A stretch of 64,000 nt of DNA from Gammaproteobacteria bacterium. Its GTDB lineage: Bacteria > Pseudomonadota > Gammaproteobacteria > Eutrophobiales > Eutrophobiaceae. This document shows, in pieces, positions 40,628 through 51,128 of the stretch. The translations under genes were made by a program, and so were the position numbers. The stretch lies in NCBI GenBank assembly GCA_965243205.1, contig CBDEUK010000002.1, forward strand, positions 1,344,001-1,408,000, in the 5' to 3' direction. The notes beneath the pieces were generated by a model, which did not search any database, was not told where the DNA came from, and saw only the letters and a program-made list of their open reading frames with translations. How positions within the stretch are numbered: position 1 is the stretch's first letter; the number at the start of each line of letters is the position of its first letter.

Positions 40628-41959
40628 TTACAATATATAACGTGCTAAATCTTCGTCTTCGACAAACTCATTAAGTTGTGAATTCACATACTCTGCATTC
40701 ACGGTCACGCTAGAACCATTTTTATCAGATGCTTCATACGAAAGGCTTTCTAAAAGACGTTCCATTACGGTATGCAAACGCCGCGCACCAATGTTTTCAG
40801 TAGATTCATTAACTTGCCAAGCAATTTCAGCAAGTCGTTTTAAACCATCGTCTTCAAATACGAGTTCAATACCCTCTGTTTTCATTAAGGCAATATATTG
40901 TTGAGTTAATGCAGCATCGGGCTCTTTTAAGATACGAATAAAATCTTCGACCGATAATGCTGATAATTCCACGCGTATCGGTAAGCGCCCTTGTAATTCA
41001 GGAATCAAGTCCGAAGGCTTCGCTAAATGAAATGCGCCTGATGCAATAAATAAAATATGATCGGTTTTGACCATGCCGTGTTTGGTCGTAACTGTACTAC
41101 CTTCTACAAGCGGTAATAAATCACGCTGAACACCTTCACGAGAGACATCTGGTCCTGAGGTTTCTGAACGACGGGTCACTTTGTCGATTTCATCCAAAAA
41201 CACTAAACCATTTTGCTCTACATTTGCTACCGCTCTGGCTTTGATATCTTCTTCGTTCACCATTTTAGCGGCTTCTTCATCGGTTAAAGCTTTTAAAGCG
41301 TCTTTCACTTTTACTTTACGTGATTGTTTCTTACCGCTGGAAAAATTTTGGAACATATTTTGTAGCTGCCCCGTCATTTCTTCCATGCCAGGAGGCGCCA
41401 TGATTTCAACACCAATCGAAGGCGAACTCAGTTCTATTTCGATTTCTTTTTCTGCAAGAGCGCCTTCTCTCAGCATGGTTCGAAATTTATCTCGTGTTGA
41501 AGAATTATTATTTTCGTCACCATCAGGATTTTGAAAGCTGCGAGCTGATGGCAATAAATAATCTAAAACCCGTTCCTCTGCGGCTTTTTCAGCCCGCTCT
41601 TTAACTTTTTCTAACTCGATTTCTCGTGTCATTTTGATAGAGACATCGACTAAATCTCGAATGATTGATTCTACATCACGTCCAACATATCCAACTTCGG
41701 TAAACTTTGTAGCTTCGACTTTAATAAATGGTGCATTGGCCAATTTCGCTAAACGACGAGCGATTTCAGTTTTACCTACGCCTGTAGGTCCAATCATTAA
41801 AATATTTTTAGGGGTAATTTCGTTACGTAAATCTTCACTGACTTGACTACGACGCCAGCGATTTCTTAAAGCAATAGCAACAGCTCGTTTGGCCTCGTCT
41901 TGACCAATAATGTGTTTATCTAATTCATTAACAATTTCACGCGGGGTAAATTCAGACAT
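40628..41959 (-). CDS. hslU: ATP-dependent protease ATPase subunit HslU
   Basis: [32 protein letters not shown]. Confidence 0.99.
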   Translation of the reverse strand: MSEFTPREIVNELDKHIIGQDEAKRAVAIALRNRWRRSQVSEDLRNEITPKNILMIGPTGVGKTEIARRLAKLANAPFIKVEATKFTEVGYVGRDVESIIRDLVDVSIKMTREIELEKVKERAEKAAEERVLDYLLPSARSFQNPDGDENNNSSTRDKFRTMLREGALAEKEIEIELSSPSIGVEIMAPPGMEEMTGQLQNMFQNFSSGKKQSRKVKVKDALKALTDEEAAKMVNEEDIKARAVANVEQNGLVFLDEIDKVTRRSETSGPDVSREGVQRDLLPLVEGSTVTTKHGMVKTDHILFIASGAFHLAKPSDLIPELQGRLPIRVELSALSVEDFIRILKEPDAALTQQYIALMKTEGIELVFEDDGLKRLAEIAWQVNESTENIGARRLHTVMERLLESLSYEASDKNGSSVTVNAEYVNSQLNEFVEDEDLARYIL

Positions 41960-41978
41960 ACAAATTCCAATAATATTT

Positions 41979-42524
41979 TTATTCTTCAGTGGTAAGTTCT
42001 TCGATGGTTAAGTTTCGATTGGTATAAATACAAATATCTGCAGCAATATTTAAGCCTTTTTCAACAATTTCTCTGGCTGATAACTCTGTATTTTCCAATA
42101 AAGCAATCGCCGCAGAGCTGGCAAAGGAACCGCCAGAGCCAATAGCCATAATCGAATTTTCAGGCTCTATCACATCTCCATTACCAGAAATAATTAACGA
42201 AGTGGTCTTATCAGCAACACAGAGCATAGCTTCTAAACGACGCAGCATACGGTCAGTACGCCAGTCCTTAGCTAACTCCACAGCAGATCGAGTTAAATGC
42301 CCTGAGTGCTTTTCAAGCTTGCCTTCAAAGCGCTCAAATAACGTAAAAGCATCCGCAGTGCCGCCTGCGAACCCAGCCAGAATTTGACCTTTATATAATC
42401 TTCGTACTTTATGAGCGTTGCCTTTCATGACGGTATTACCCAGTGAAACCTGCCCGTCACCACCAATCACGACTTGGTTACCTCGACGCACCGACAAAAT
42501 CGTCGTACCTCTAAATTGTTCCAA
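41979..42524 (-). CDS. hslV: ATP-dependent protease subunit HslV
   Basis: [31 protein letters not shown]; TTG start. Confidence 0.99.
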   Translation of the reverse strand: MEQFRGTTILSVRRGNQVVIGGDGQVSLGNTVMKGNAHKVRRLYKGQILAGFAGGTADAFTLFERFEGKLEKHSGHLTRSAVELAKDWRTDRMLRRLEAMLCVADKTTSLIISGNGDVIEPENSIMAIGSGGSFASSAAIALLENTELSAREIVEKGLNIAADICIYTNRNLTIEELTTEE

Positions 42525-42566
42525 TCAAACTCTCCTCTCTACGAGATTTTTACGATAAGAAATTGA

Positions 42567-42595
42567 ATATGGGGATTACTGAGCAAAAAACAATG
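42567..42595 (-). promoter_or_regulatory. Putative sigma32 promoter of hslVU
   Basis: Perfect -10 CCCCATAT; weak -35 (ATTGTT) about 14 bp upstream. Confidence 0.55.
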
Positions 42596-42767
42596 ACCTT
42601 TTGAAGTCATCTATTATGATGCTGTTGTATTTTGCATCATCTAAAACAAATTTTAGCATTTTTGATCACTCATCAGTCATTGTTTAGCAGACAGTTTTCA
42701 AAATTTTCTCAAGTAATCGTTTGATTTGTCGATAATTTATTTAGAAATAAAGCCTTTGGAGATAATA

Positions 42768-43133
42768 ATGACTAGTAATAGCCAAAAGATGCTAATTGTC
42801 GATGATAGCAAGCTTTCAAGAATGATGATTAGAGGAATCGCAATCGACACGTTTCCAGAATTAGACATTATTGAAGCCGCAAATGGCGATGAAGCAATCG
42901 AATACTCTAAAGGAGAAGATATCGATATCATGACCATTGATTTTAATATGCCAGGTATCGATGGTATCGAATTAGCGGGGAAGCTCAAATCATCTCACCC
43001 TAATGCTCGTATTTCATTACTCACTGCTAACGTACAAGACGCTATTAGTGATAAAGCCCGTAACTTAGGTATCGGTTTTATCCCAAAACCTATCAATGAA
43101 GAAAAAGTGAAAAGCTTTCTTAATGCGGGGTAA
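42768..43133 (+). CDS. Single-domain CheY-like response regulator
   Basis: IVDDS, IDFNMPGIDG, LTAN, PKP; GGAG RBS before ATG 42768. Confidence 0.92.
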   Translation: MTSNSQKMLIVDDSKLSRMMIRGIAIDTFPELDIIEAANGDEAIEYSKGEDIDIMTIDFNMPGIDGIELAGKLKSSHPNARISLLTANVQDAISDKARNLGIGFIPKPINEEKVKSFLNAG

Positions 43134-43139
43134 TTCATT

Positions 43140-43769
43140 ATGGAACAATTAGATGATTTTGATATTGATAGCCTTAATGAACTCATCAACATGGCTATGG
43201 GCAGTGCAGCTGCAAAGTTACATGAACTATCGGGCAATGAAGTTAAAATGTCCGTGCCTAACGTTAAACTGATTTCTCTAGATGAATACAAAGAAAATTT
43301 AGAACGTGATTCTGATGAATTAATCAGTGTCACAGAAAGTTTTGGTGGTGATTTTAATGGCAATGCGGTTTTGTTGTTTCATTTCAACAAAAGCCGAAAT
43401 CTAATACGCGGTCTGATTCCAGACTTTAATGAAGATGATAGTTTTACCAATCTCGAAGAAGAGGTAATAACCGAAATTGGCAATATATTATTAAACAGTT
43501 GCATTTCAACTTTTGCCAACGTATTAAAACGAGAATTTACCACGTCTATACCTAAGTTTAATAAAGGTTCAACTAACCATATTATGGGAATTCTTTCAGA
43601 TAACCTTGAGAGCGGAGAAGACGAACTCAAGATTATTCTTGCCGAAGTAGAGTTTTATGTCGAGGCGAAAGAAGTCTCTGGTCATATGGCATTGACTGTG
43701 AGCTTACCTGTTTTAAAAACATTATTAAATGAACTCTACGCAGCAGTAAATATTACCAAAGTTGCTTAA
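43140..43769 (+). CDS. CheC-family phosphatase
   Basis: Two ExxN motifs (ELIN, EIGN), MSVPNV. Confidence 0.88.
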   Translation: MEQLDDFDIDSLNELINMAMGSAAAKLHELSGNEVKMSVPNVKLISLDEYKENLERDSDELISVTESFGGDFNGNAVLLFHFNKSRNLIRGLIPDFNEDDSFTNLEEEVITEIGNILLNSCISTFANVLKREFTTSIPKFNKGSTNHIMGILSDNLESGEDELKIILAEVEFYVEAKEVSGHMALTVSLPVLKTLLNELYAAVNITKVA

Positions 43770-43775
43770 TACCCA

Positions 43776-45539
43776 ATGTTTCTAGACGATAATTTTAAAC
43801 TGTTTTTAAGTTCTTGTGATGCTGGGGTCATTGTTTTAGATCAGAGTTATTCCATTGTGGCTTGGAATCAATGGATGACTGAATGTACTAATCTAAAAGA
43901 ATCATCTGCTCTAAATAAAACATTGCATGAAATCTTTGATAACCGTTTAAGTAAACATCTAGAATCAGTTATTCAAAGTTGTTTAGAACTTGGTCATAGT
44001 GCTTTCCTATCGCCGCGTTTTCATAAACACCCTTTACCATTATATCGAAAAAAAAATCAACCTGATGAAACCATCATCTATCAAAAAATCACTGTATCAA
44101 GAGTAATCAATAAAAATGGTGAAAAATTTTGTTTTATCAATATCAATGATGTCAGTGCATCTGTATTAAGAGAACAAAAATTAATTGAACAAACCATCGA
44201 ATTAAAACTGGTTAAAGAAAACCTAATTGAATCGAATAATCGTGTTCAAGATCTTGCGTTTCAAGATAACCTTACATGTCTTGCAAATCGAAATTTATTT
44301 AATGACCATCTAGAAATGGCCATTGCATTAGGCAAACGACAAAAAAGCAAATTTTCTGTTTTATTGATTGATTTAGATCACTTTAAACAAACAAACGATT
44401 CTTATGGTCATGATGTCGGTGACAAACTTCTTAAAGAGGTATCATCAAGAATTAAAAGTTGTTTACGTGAATCAGATACGGCTGCACGTTTAGGCGGTGA
44501 TGAATTTGCAATTATTCAACCAGATTTACGATCGATAGACAGTGCCACTACATTAGCCAAAAAAATTATTGAGGCTATTACAAAACCTATCAACATAAAT
44601 GATTTATCTATTCAAAGCAGTTGTTCAATCGGTGTTTCAATATTCCCTGATGATGGGTTAACAAAAGACATTTTGTTAAAAAATGCTGACCTTGCGCTTT
44701 ATCACATTAAAGATACCAGTCGTTCGGACTGGTCGTTTTATTCAGAGCAGATGCGTAAAGAACAAACTAAACGTCAGCTTCAAAGAGATAAACTTTATAA
44801 TGCAATAAAAAATAATAAGATCATAGCGTACTATCAACCAGAAATTTGTTTAGCTACAAAAAAAATATCTTGTTTAGAAGCTTTAGCGCGATATATTGAT
44901 GAAGACGACAACATCATCATGCCTTATGAGTTCATCGAGGTGGCTGAAGAATATGGTTTGATTAATGATGTAACTATTTCAATATTAAAAACCATATGCC
45001 GCTCTAAAGTATTATTGGAATATACCTCAGCTTCTCGTATTGCAATCAATTTATCTGCAAAACAATTTTTCGATAATGAATTAATCAAAGAATTATTTGA
45101 TACACATGATTTTCTTAATAAGAACAATTCAGGTTTAGAGATTGAAATAACAGAAAGTATTTTGATTAAAAATCCAGAATACGCTATTGAAATTCTTCAT
45201 CGACTTGCAAAAAAAGGTATTTCAATAGCTCTAGATGATTTTGGAACAGGTTATTCCTCACTCCAATATTTAAGCAAATTCCCTATTCATAAATTAAAAA
45301 TTGACCGATCATTCATACATGATATTGGTTCTAATACCTCAAATGAAGTCATCACAAATTCAATCATATCCCTTGGACATAATTTAGGTTTAGAGGTGGT
45401 CGCTGAAGGTGTTGAAACATTGGAACATCAAAATTACCTTATCGAAAAAAGCTGTGACTATGGACAAGGTTATTACTACAGTAAACCTATTGATGAAAAT
45501 GGGATCTTAGCCTACTGCAAAAAATCTAAAGCAGCTTAG
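43776..45539 (+). CDS. PAS-GGDEF-EAL c-di-GMP enzyme
   Basis: N-terminal PAS (WNQWM), RESD I-site with GGDEF, EALAR, DDFGTGYSS, EGVE. Confidence 0.93.
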   Translation: MFLDDNFKLFLSSCDAGVIVLDQSYSIVAWNQWMTECTNLKESSALNKTLHEIFDNRLSKHLESVIQSCLELGHSAFLSPRFHKHPLPLYRKKNQPDETIIYQKITVSRVINKNGEKFCFININDVSASVLREQKLIEQTIELKLVKENLIESNNRVQDLAFQDNLTCLANRNLFNDHLEMAIALGKRQKSKFSVLLIDLDHFKQTNDSYGHDVGDKLLKEVSSRIKSCLRESDTAARLGGDEFAIIQPDLRSIDSATTLAKKIIEAITKPININDLSIQSSCSIGVSIFPDDGLTKDILLKNADLALYHIKDTSRSDWSFYSEQMRKEQTKRQLQRDKLYNAIKNNKIIAYYQPEICLATKKISCLEALARYIDEDDNIIMPYEFIEVAEEYGLINDVTISILKTICRSKVLLEYTSASRIAINLSAKQFFDNELIKELFDTHDFLNKNNSGLEIEITESILIKNPEYAIEILHRLAKKGISIALDDFGTGYSSLQYLSKFPIHKLKIDRSFIHDIGSNTSNEVITNSIISLGHNLGLEVVAEGVETLEHQNYLIEKSCDYGQGYYYSKPIDENGILAYCKKSKAA

Positions 45540-45580
45540 ATTACAGACATAATTTAAATTTTTTTCATCATTAGATTTTT

Positions 45581-46480
45581 TTATTTCTTTCGAGCTCTTG
45601 GGTGAGCTTTATCATATACACTCGACAAATGTTGAAAATCCAAATGCGTATACACTTGAGTTGTTGAAATATCGGAATGGCCAAGCAGTTCCTGTACTGC
45701 ACGTAAATCACCACTGGATTCTAATAAATGACTTGCAAAGGAATGGCGTAACATGTGTGGATGCAATGAGATATCGATACCTTGTTGTATAGCTCTTTGT
45801 TTGAAGCGCTGTTGAATCGTCCGTGGACTGATACGTTTTCCTCTTTTAGAAATAAACACTGCTGAGTCTAGATCAATCGACTCATTAACTAATTCACTTC
45901 TAAAGCGATACCATTGCCTTAACGCAGTAATCGCTTTGCTGCCAATTGGCACACTACGTTCTTTACTGCCTTTGCCTATAACATTTACAACACGGTCATT
46001 CATATCAATATCTTTGATATTTAATCCTACTAATTCGGAAAGTCGTAAACCTGAAGAATACATCAATTCTATAATCGCCTTATCGCGCACAGCCAAAGGA
46101 TCAGATTCATCAAAATTTAAAAGCTGCCCTGCTTGCTCAGTATCCAATACTTTTGGTAATTTTCGTGCGGACTTTGGTGGTGAGATACCTTGGGCAGGAT
46201 TATTGGTGACAAGATCGTTTTGTAATAAGAATTGATAAAAACGTCTTATAGAAGATAAGTTGCGTTGTAACGATTTACCCGAAATACCTGAACGATGACG
46301 TTTAGCAATGTATTGTTGCAAGCCATGGTTATCGAGTTCAGTCCATGATGTTAACGATTGTGATTCACAATAAGATTGTAATTCTTTTAAATCGCGTTGA
46401 TATGCCTTTCGAGTATGCTCTGATAAATGTTGAATGCTGTTAAAAAATTTTTGAGTAGCATCAACAAAAAGTTCGCTCAT
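45581..46480 (-). CDS. xerC: Tyrosine recombinase XerC
   Basis: GLRLSEL, GKGSKER, HMLRHSFA, LGH, QVYTHLDFQHL; dapF-DUF484 context. Confidence 0.96.
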   Translation of the reverse strand: MSELFVDATQKFFNSIQHLSEHTRKAYQRDLKELQSYCESQSLTSWTELDNHGLQQYIAKRHRSGISGKSLQRNLSSIRRFYQFLLQNDLVTNNPAQGISPPKSARKLPKVLDTEQAGQLLNFDESDPLAVRDKAIIELMYSSGLRLSELVGLNIKDIDMNDRVVNVIGKGSKERSVPIGSKAITALRQWYRFRSELVNESIDLDSAVFISKRGKRISPRTIQQRFKQRAIQQGIDISLHPHMLRHSFASHLLESSGDLRAVQELLGHSDISTTQVYTHLDFQHLSSVYDKAHPRARKK

Positions 46481-46499
46481 GATTGATTAACAATCTCTA

Positions 46500-47204
46500 C
46501 TATTCTGCAACCCAGGTTTTCAAAATTAAGCTCAACATATCAGCAAGGTTAGTTAGTAGCTCAACTCCCATACCTGGTTGGAAACGTTCTGCATCAAAAC
46601 TACCTATGGATAAGATACCATTCCAATTAAAACCGATTAGAGGTACTAATACTGCTGAATTAATACTATCGCCATCATCCCCGAATAGAAAAACCTGTTG
46701 TTGGTGTTTTAACCGGCCCGATAAAGGACGTTGTTTTTCAATAATGGATTTAAACAATTGTTCATCGAGCGTACTTTTACCAACAAACTCTGGTCCTGCT
46801 TCAAAATCGATAAAGGCAGGATCTGCAAATAATTTCACCGCAACAGTATCGGCATGAAAGTTTTTCTTAAGATTATCGTAAAGGGTAGAAAAAATTTCTC
46901 GTGGGTCACCTGAATCCATTAAGGTTAGAGCAAGTTGATGCATACGTTGCGCAAGCTCTTCGTTTTGTCGAGCTATCTCTATGAGTTCATGTAGTCGTTT
47001 ATTGAGTTGTTGATTTTGTTCACGTAGTACCGAAATTTGTTTTTCAACCAATGAAACAGCGTCACCCGATTGATGCGTAATTTCTAATTCACTGAGTAAT
47101 TCCGCATGTTTTGTAAAAAAATCAGGGTGCGCTTGTAGATAAGTCGCCACATCCGCTTCGGTAATGGACGTGTAACTCTGTTCGGTTTCATTTTGTGTGG
47201 TCAT
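46500..47204 (-). CDS. DUF484 (YigA-like) protein
   Basis: YLQAHPDFF, AVSLVEKQ, RFQPGMG. Confidence 0.92.
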   Translation of the reverse strand: MTTQNETEQSYTSITEADVATYLQAHPDFFTKHAELLSELEITHQSGDAVSLVEKQISVLREQNQQLNKRLHELIEIARQNEELAQRMHQLALTLMDSGDPREIFSTLYDNLKKNFHADTVAVKLFADPAFIDFEAGPEFVGKSTLDEQLFKSIIEKQRPLSGRLKHQQQVFLFGDDGDSINSAVLVPLIGFNWNGILSIGSFDAERFQPGMGVELLTNLADMLSLILKTWVAE

Positions 47205-48031
47205 AAACTAATTTTCCCCTCAAACACTAACTTCGCTGGTCCTGTCATCCAAACCTGTTCACCATCTCCATCCCATTGAATATTTAAACTGCCGCCTGGT
47301 AAGGTAACATCTACTGATGATTCCAAACCATGGTATTGTCTACCCACCACAACCGCAGCACAAGCACCAGTTCCACAAGCTAATGTTTCGCCTACACCAC
47401 GCTCGTAGACCCTGAGTTTAATGTTTGAAGAATCTACAATCTGCATAAAACCAACATTCACACTATTTTCGAATAATGCGTTTTGTTGAATAGGGGCAGC
47501 AATGCTTGCTATAGGATAATCCTCTAGGCCTTCTACCTGAATTACCGCGTGAGGATTACCCATACTTACGGCATTAAAGTCAAACGTTTGGGAATCAACA
47601 TCGATTAAATACTCATTTTTTTGGCTATCAGTATTCAATCCAATACCTTGTGTTGAGAAATCAGGTACGCCCATATCAACTCGAACATGACCATTAGCCT
47701 CATTGTATAAATGAATAACACCTTTTTGAGTCTCAGCAGATATTATCGACTTATCAATGCCGCGTTTTTCTCGAAGATAAACTGCGATACATCGCGCACC
47801 ATTCCCACATTGTTCAACTTCATCACCGTCAGCATTGTAAATGCGATACAGAACATCGTTATCAATCGAGTTTGGTTTTTCGAGAGCTAATAATTGATCA
47901 CAGCCGATACCAAAATTTCGATCAGCTATATAACGAATTTGCTCTGAGGAAAGTTCTTGTTTGTGATCGATGAAATCCAGCACAACAAAGTCATTGCCAA
48001 GACCATGCATTTTGCAAAAATTTAACTGCAT
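47201..48031 (-). CDS. dapF: Diaminopimelate epimerase
   Basis: KMHGLGNDF, EQCGNGARC, ERGVGETLACGTG. Confidence 0.99.
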   Translation of the reverse strand: MQLNFCKMHGLGNDFVVLDFIDHKQELSSEQIRYIADRNFGIGCDQLLALEKPNSIDNDVLYRIYNADGDEVEQCGNGARCIAVYLREKRGIDKSIISAETQKGVIHLYNEANGHVRVDMGVPDFSTQGIGLNTDSQKNEYLIDVDSQTFDFNAVSMGNPHAVIQVEGLEDYPIASIAAPIQQNALFENSVNVGFMQIVDSSNIKLRVYERGVGETLACGTGACAAVVVGRQYHGLESSVDVTLPGGSLNIQWDGDGEQVWMTGPAKLVFEGKISL

Positions 48032-48052
48032 CTTGAATACACTAGCAAAGAA

Positions 48053-48502
48053 TTAGCTAGCAAGGATTTCGACTTGTAAAATAATACCATCGACCGCTGT
48101 GACTTTAACGCGTTGGCCTTGCTCCGCATCCTCACCTTTGACTTTCCATATCGAATCACCAATTTTAACTTTACCATAACCATTAATAATTGGATCTGCT
48201 AAGGTATAAGTTTGACCGACGTATTGCTCACCACGACGATTCAATGTTGGGGCATCGGTTTTTATTGGATTGCGAGTTAAATACATTCTGTATCCAACTA
48301 AACTTGTGATAGAGAAAATTGCAAACAACATACACTCCAGTTGCCAAGACATATCAGGGAACATCCATGACAAGCATCCAACCACAAAGGCAGCGATACC
48401 AAACCATAAGAAAAAAGTAGCTGGTGCTAATAATTCAATAATTAATAAAATAAGTCCGGCAGTCCACCACTGCCACGACTCTATATTAGTAATAAATTCC
48501 AT
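48053..48502 (-). CDS. NfeD-family membrane protein (YbbJ-like)
   Basis: TM helices, LNRRGEQYVG, GKVKIGDSIW OB-fold; adjacent to an SPFH gene. Confidence 0.92.
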   Translation of the reverse strand: MEFITNIESWQWWTAGLILLIIELLAPATFFLWFGIAAFVVGCLSWMFPDMSWQLECMLFAIFSITSLVGYRMYLTRNPIKTDAPTLNRRGEQYVGQTYTLADPIINGYGKVKIGDSIWKVKGEDAEQGQRVKVTAVDGIILQVEILAS

Positions 48503-48528
48503 AATGCTCTCTCTGTTAACTCAGATAT

Positions 48529-49452
48529 TTAAGACTGAGGTTTTTTATCAAATGCTTCTTTGGCTATTTCTGTAATACCTGCAATAGAACCAATCACACT
48601 ACCAGCTTCTAGAGGCATTAATACGACTTTTTGATTATCTGCTGAAGCAATATCTTTCAAAGCATCCACATATTTATTTGCAACGAAATAGTTAATAGCC
48701 TGTATATCACCTGTCGCAATCGCATTTGATACATCTTGAGTCGCTTTTGCTTCTGCGGCGGCTAAACGTTCTCTCGCTTCTGCTTCACGAAACGCAGCCT
48801 CTTTATCACCTTCGGCTTGTAAAATAGCTGCTTGTTTTTCACCGTCGGCTTTCAAGATTTCTGCTTGTCGGAAACCTTCTGCTTCTAAAATATTGGCACG
48901 CTTTTCACGTTCAGCTTTCATTTGTCTGGCCATAGCATCAACCAAATCTTGTGGTGGACGAATATCTTTAATTTCGATACGAGTTACTTTTACACCCCAA
49001 GGAGTCGTAGCGTCATCCACAACAGTTAGTAACTGTGCATTAATGTTGTCACGTTTGGATAATAATTCATCGAGATCCATTGAACCCATGACCGTACGAA
49101 TATTCGTCATAGTTAGATTTAATAATGCATTGGAAAGATTATTGACTTCATAAGCTGCCGCTGCAGCATCCAGTACTTGGAAATAAACCACGCCATCAAC
49201 CTGCACCATAGCATTATCTTTGGTAATAACTTCTTGTGAAGGTACATCGAGCACAATTTCCATCATATTCATCTTATGACCGATACGGTCAATAAATGGA
49301 ATGATAAAGTGTAATCCAGGACGCAGACTTTTGGTAAAACGGCCAAATCGCTCAACCGTGTACTCATAACCTTGAGGTACCGATTTAGCCATCATGAAGA
49401 CTAGAATGACTGCTAAAAATAAGAATAAAATAATCAAGCTATCAGGGCCCAT
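48529..49452 (-). CDS. qmcA: SPFH/band-7 protein (QmcA/YbbK-like)
   Basis: [41 protein letters not shown]. Confidence 0.9.
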   Translation of the reverse strand: MGPDSLIILFLFLAVILVFMMAKSVPQGYEYTVERFGRFTKSLRPGLHFIIPFIDRIGHKMNMMEIVLDVPSQEVITKDNAMVQVDGVVYFQVLDAAAAAYEVNNLSNALLNLTMTNIRTVMGSMDLDELLSKRDNINAQLLTVVDDATTPWGVKVTRIEIKDIRPPQDLVDAMARQMKAEREKRANILEAEGFRQAEILKADGEKQAAILQAEGDKEAAFREAEARERLAAAEAKATQDVSNAIATGDIQAINYFVANKYVDALKDIASADNQKVVLMPLEAGSVIGSIAGITEIAKEAFDKKPQS

Positions 49453-49486
49453 GGCTATGCTCCTTTAAATGATTCAATATAACGTA

Positions 49487-49514
49487 ATATGGTGACAAAA
49501 TTAGTTAATTCAAG
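49487..49514 (-). promoter_or_regulatory. Putative sigma32 promoter upstream of qmcA
   Basis: CTTGAA-14 bp-CACCATAT, close to consensus CTTGAA-N13/14-CCCCATNT. Confidence 0.65.
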
Positions 49515-49525
49515 TCTAAACTAAT

Positions 49526-50368
49526 TTAATTATTTTGCTCATCCAAGTCATTATCCTGACTAATTTTGAGTTCTGCAATTAACTCATCCATCCAAACTAG
49601 CATACGTTTGACCAAGATCACTTTTTGATTGGTAAATTCTTGATCCGCCCCACCAACCATAATTTGCTTATAAAAATTATTTTCCGCTTTACGAATCGCT
49701 AGCCGTCGATCCGCAGCACTATCGATAACTATTTCAAGATCATTACTGCCATAAAGGTCTAGCAAAGGTAATCCAAAACCCTCCAATTCTTTTAGCAAAT
49801 TAAATTTAGGGTTCAAATATGGATAGGGTTTCAAGCCAATACCTATCATACCAAGCACTCCAGGATTATCTTTTTTCAATGAATCAAGACCTGTGACGGC
49901 GCCGAACCCATAGCCTATAAGTACAATATTTTCATAATTCAAACTTGCTAAATGCTTAACCGCTTTATTAATGCGCTTACTTGCTTCGTCAAAGGTTTTA
50001 CCATAATCATCAACTGGTTCATCAGAAAATAATAGCGGTAGTTGAATCGAAAATGTTGACCATCCATGCTTGGGCAAATCTTCTCTTAGATATTGAATGA
50101 CACCTGGCCAATCTGGGTGACCTGCCATTGGATGTAATAGAACCACAGCGCCTTTTTTTTCATCGCTAAGGTATTGTTGATAAAGCGCCAAAACTTCATG
50201 TTTTGCAAGCTTAAGTTGAACTGGCTCACCCGCAATATTTCGTTCAACTAACTTTTTGGCTATTAGCTGTTCCCGTTCAAAATCGATGTAAATTTCGCTA
50301 TAAACACTATGGGAAAACAGGTTCAATAGGAAACTGATGATGATTAATTTCATTTTATTCATTATCAC
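49526..50368 (-). CDS. DUF3530-like exported alpha/beta-hydrolase-fold protein
   Basis: GAVVLLH...HPDWPGVIQYLREDLPKHGW, LLDLYGS; exact start uncertain (GTG 50368 or ATG 50362/50353). Confidence 0.75.
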   Translation of the reverse strand: MIMNKMKLIIISFLLNLFSHSVYSEIYIDFEREQLIAKKLVERNIAGEPVQLKLAKHEVLALYQQYLSDEKKGAVVLLHPMAGHPDWPGVIQYLREDLPKHGWSTFSIQLPLLFSDEPVDDYGKTFDEASKRINKAVKHLASLNYENIVLIGYGFGAVTGLDSLKKDNPGVLGMIGIGLKPYPYLNPKFNLLKELEGFGLPLLDLYGSNDLEIVIDSAADRRLAIRKAENNFYKQIMVGGADQEFTNQKVILVKRMLVWMDELIAELKISQDNDLDEQNN

Positions 50369-50454
50369 TGGCCTAATGTCATATAGCTAAGAACCGCCTA
50401 ATCGGTTAAAGTTGCGTTCAGAAATATTCCAATAATCATAATAGTTTAATTCAA

Positions 50455-51123
50455 ATGTCTAATCATATTATCGCGCCATCTATTTTATCGGCCAATATGG
50501 CAAAACTCGGAGAGGATGTTGAAGCCGTGATAAAAGCTGGGGCTGATTTTGTCCATGTCGATGTCATGGATAATCACTATGTGCCTAACCTCACTTTTGG
50601 TCCAGTGATCGTACAAGCTCTGCGTGATCATGGTATTACTGCGCCAATGGACGTGCATTTGATGATAAAACCAGTCGATGCTCTGATTCCGGAATTTGCC
50701 AAAGCAGGAGCGACGTATATCACCTTTCACCCTGAAGCCAGTGAACATATCGATAGAACTATCCAGCTGATTATTGATTCTGGTTGTAAACCTGGTTTGG
50801 TTTTGAATCCTGCAACTTCCGTCCATTATCTGGATCATATACTAGAGAAACTGGATATGATTCTTCTAATGTCGGTAAACCCAGGGTTTGGCGGTCAATC
50901 TTTCATACCGAGTTCTTTGGAAAAACTCCGTACCGTTAGAAAACTGATTGACGAAAGCGGTCACGATATTCGCTTAGAAATTGATGGCGGAGTGAAAGTT
51001 GATAATATCGCCGAAATTGCGCGAGCTGGTGCTGATACCTTTGTTGCAGGTTCAGCTATTTTTAACAGCCCTGATTACTCGTCCACCATCTCTCAAATGC
51101 GAGAGGAGTTAGCTTCCGTTTAA
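50455..51123 (+). CDS. rpe: Ribulose-phosphate 3-epimerase
   Basis: [35 protein letters not shown]. Confidence 0.99.
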   Translation: MSNHIIAPSILSANMAKLGEDVEAVIKAGADFVHVDVMDNHYVPNLTFGPVIVQALRDHGITAPMDVHLMIKPVDALIPEFAKAGATYITFHPEASEHIDRTIQLIIDSGCKPGLVLNPATSVHYLDHILEKLDMILLMSVNPGFGGQSFIPSSLEKLRTVRKLIDESGHDIRLEIDGGVKVDNIAEIARAGADTFVAGSAIFNSPDYSSTISQMREELASV

Positions 51124-51128
51124 ATTCG

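Noticed and set aside
45581-46480. Tyrosine recombinase next to an inserted module, possibly an island integrase
   Set aside because: Sequence (YTHLDFQHL...YDKAHPRA) and dapF-DUF484 context identify housekeeping XerC; no att repeats seen
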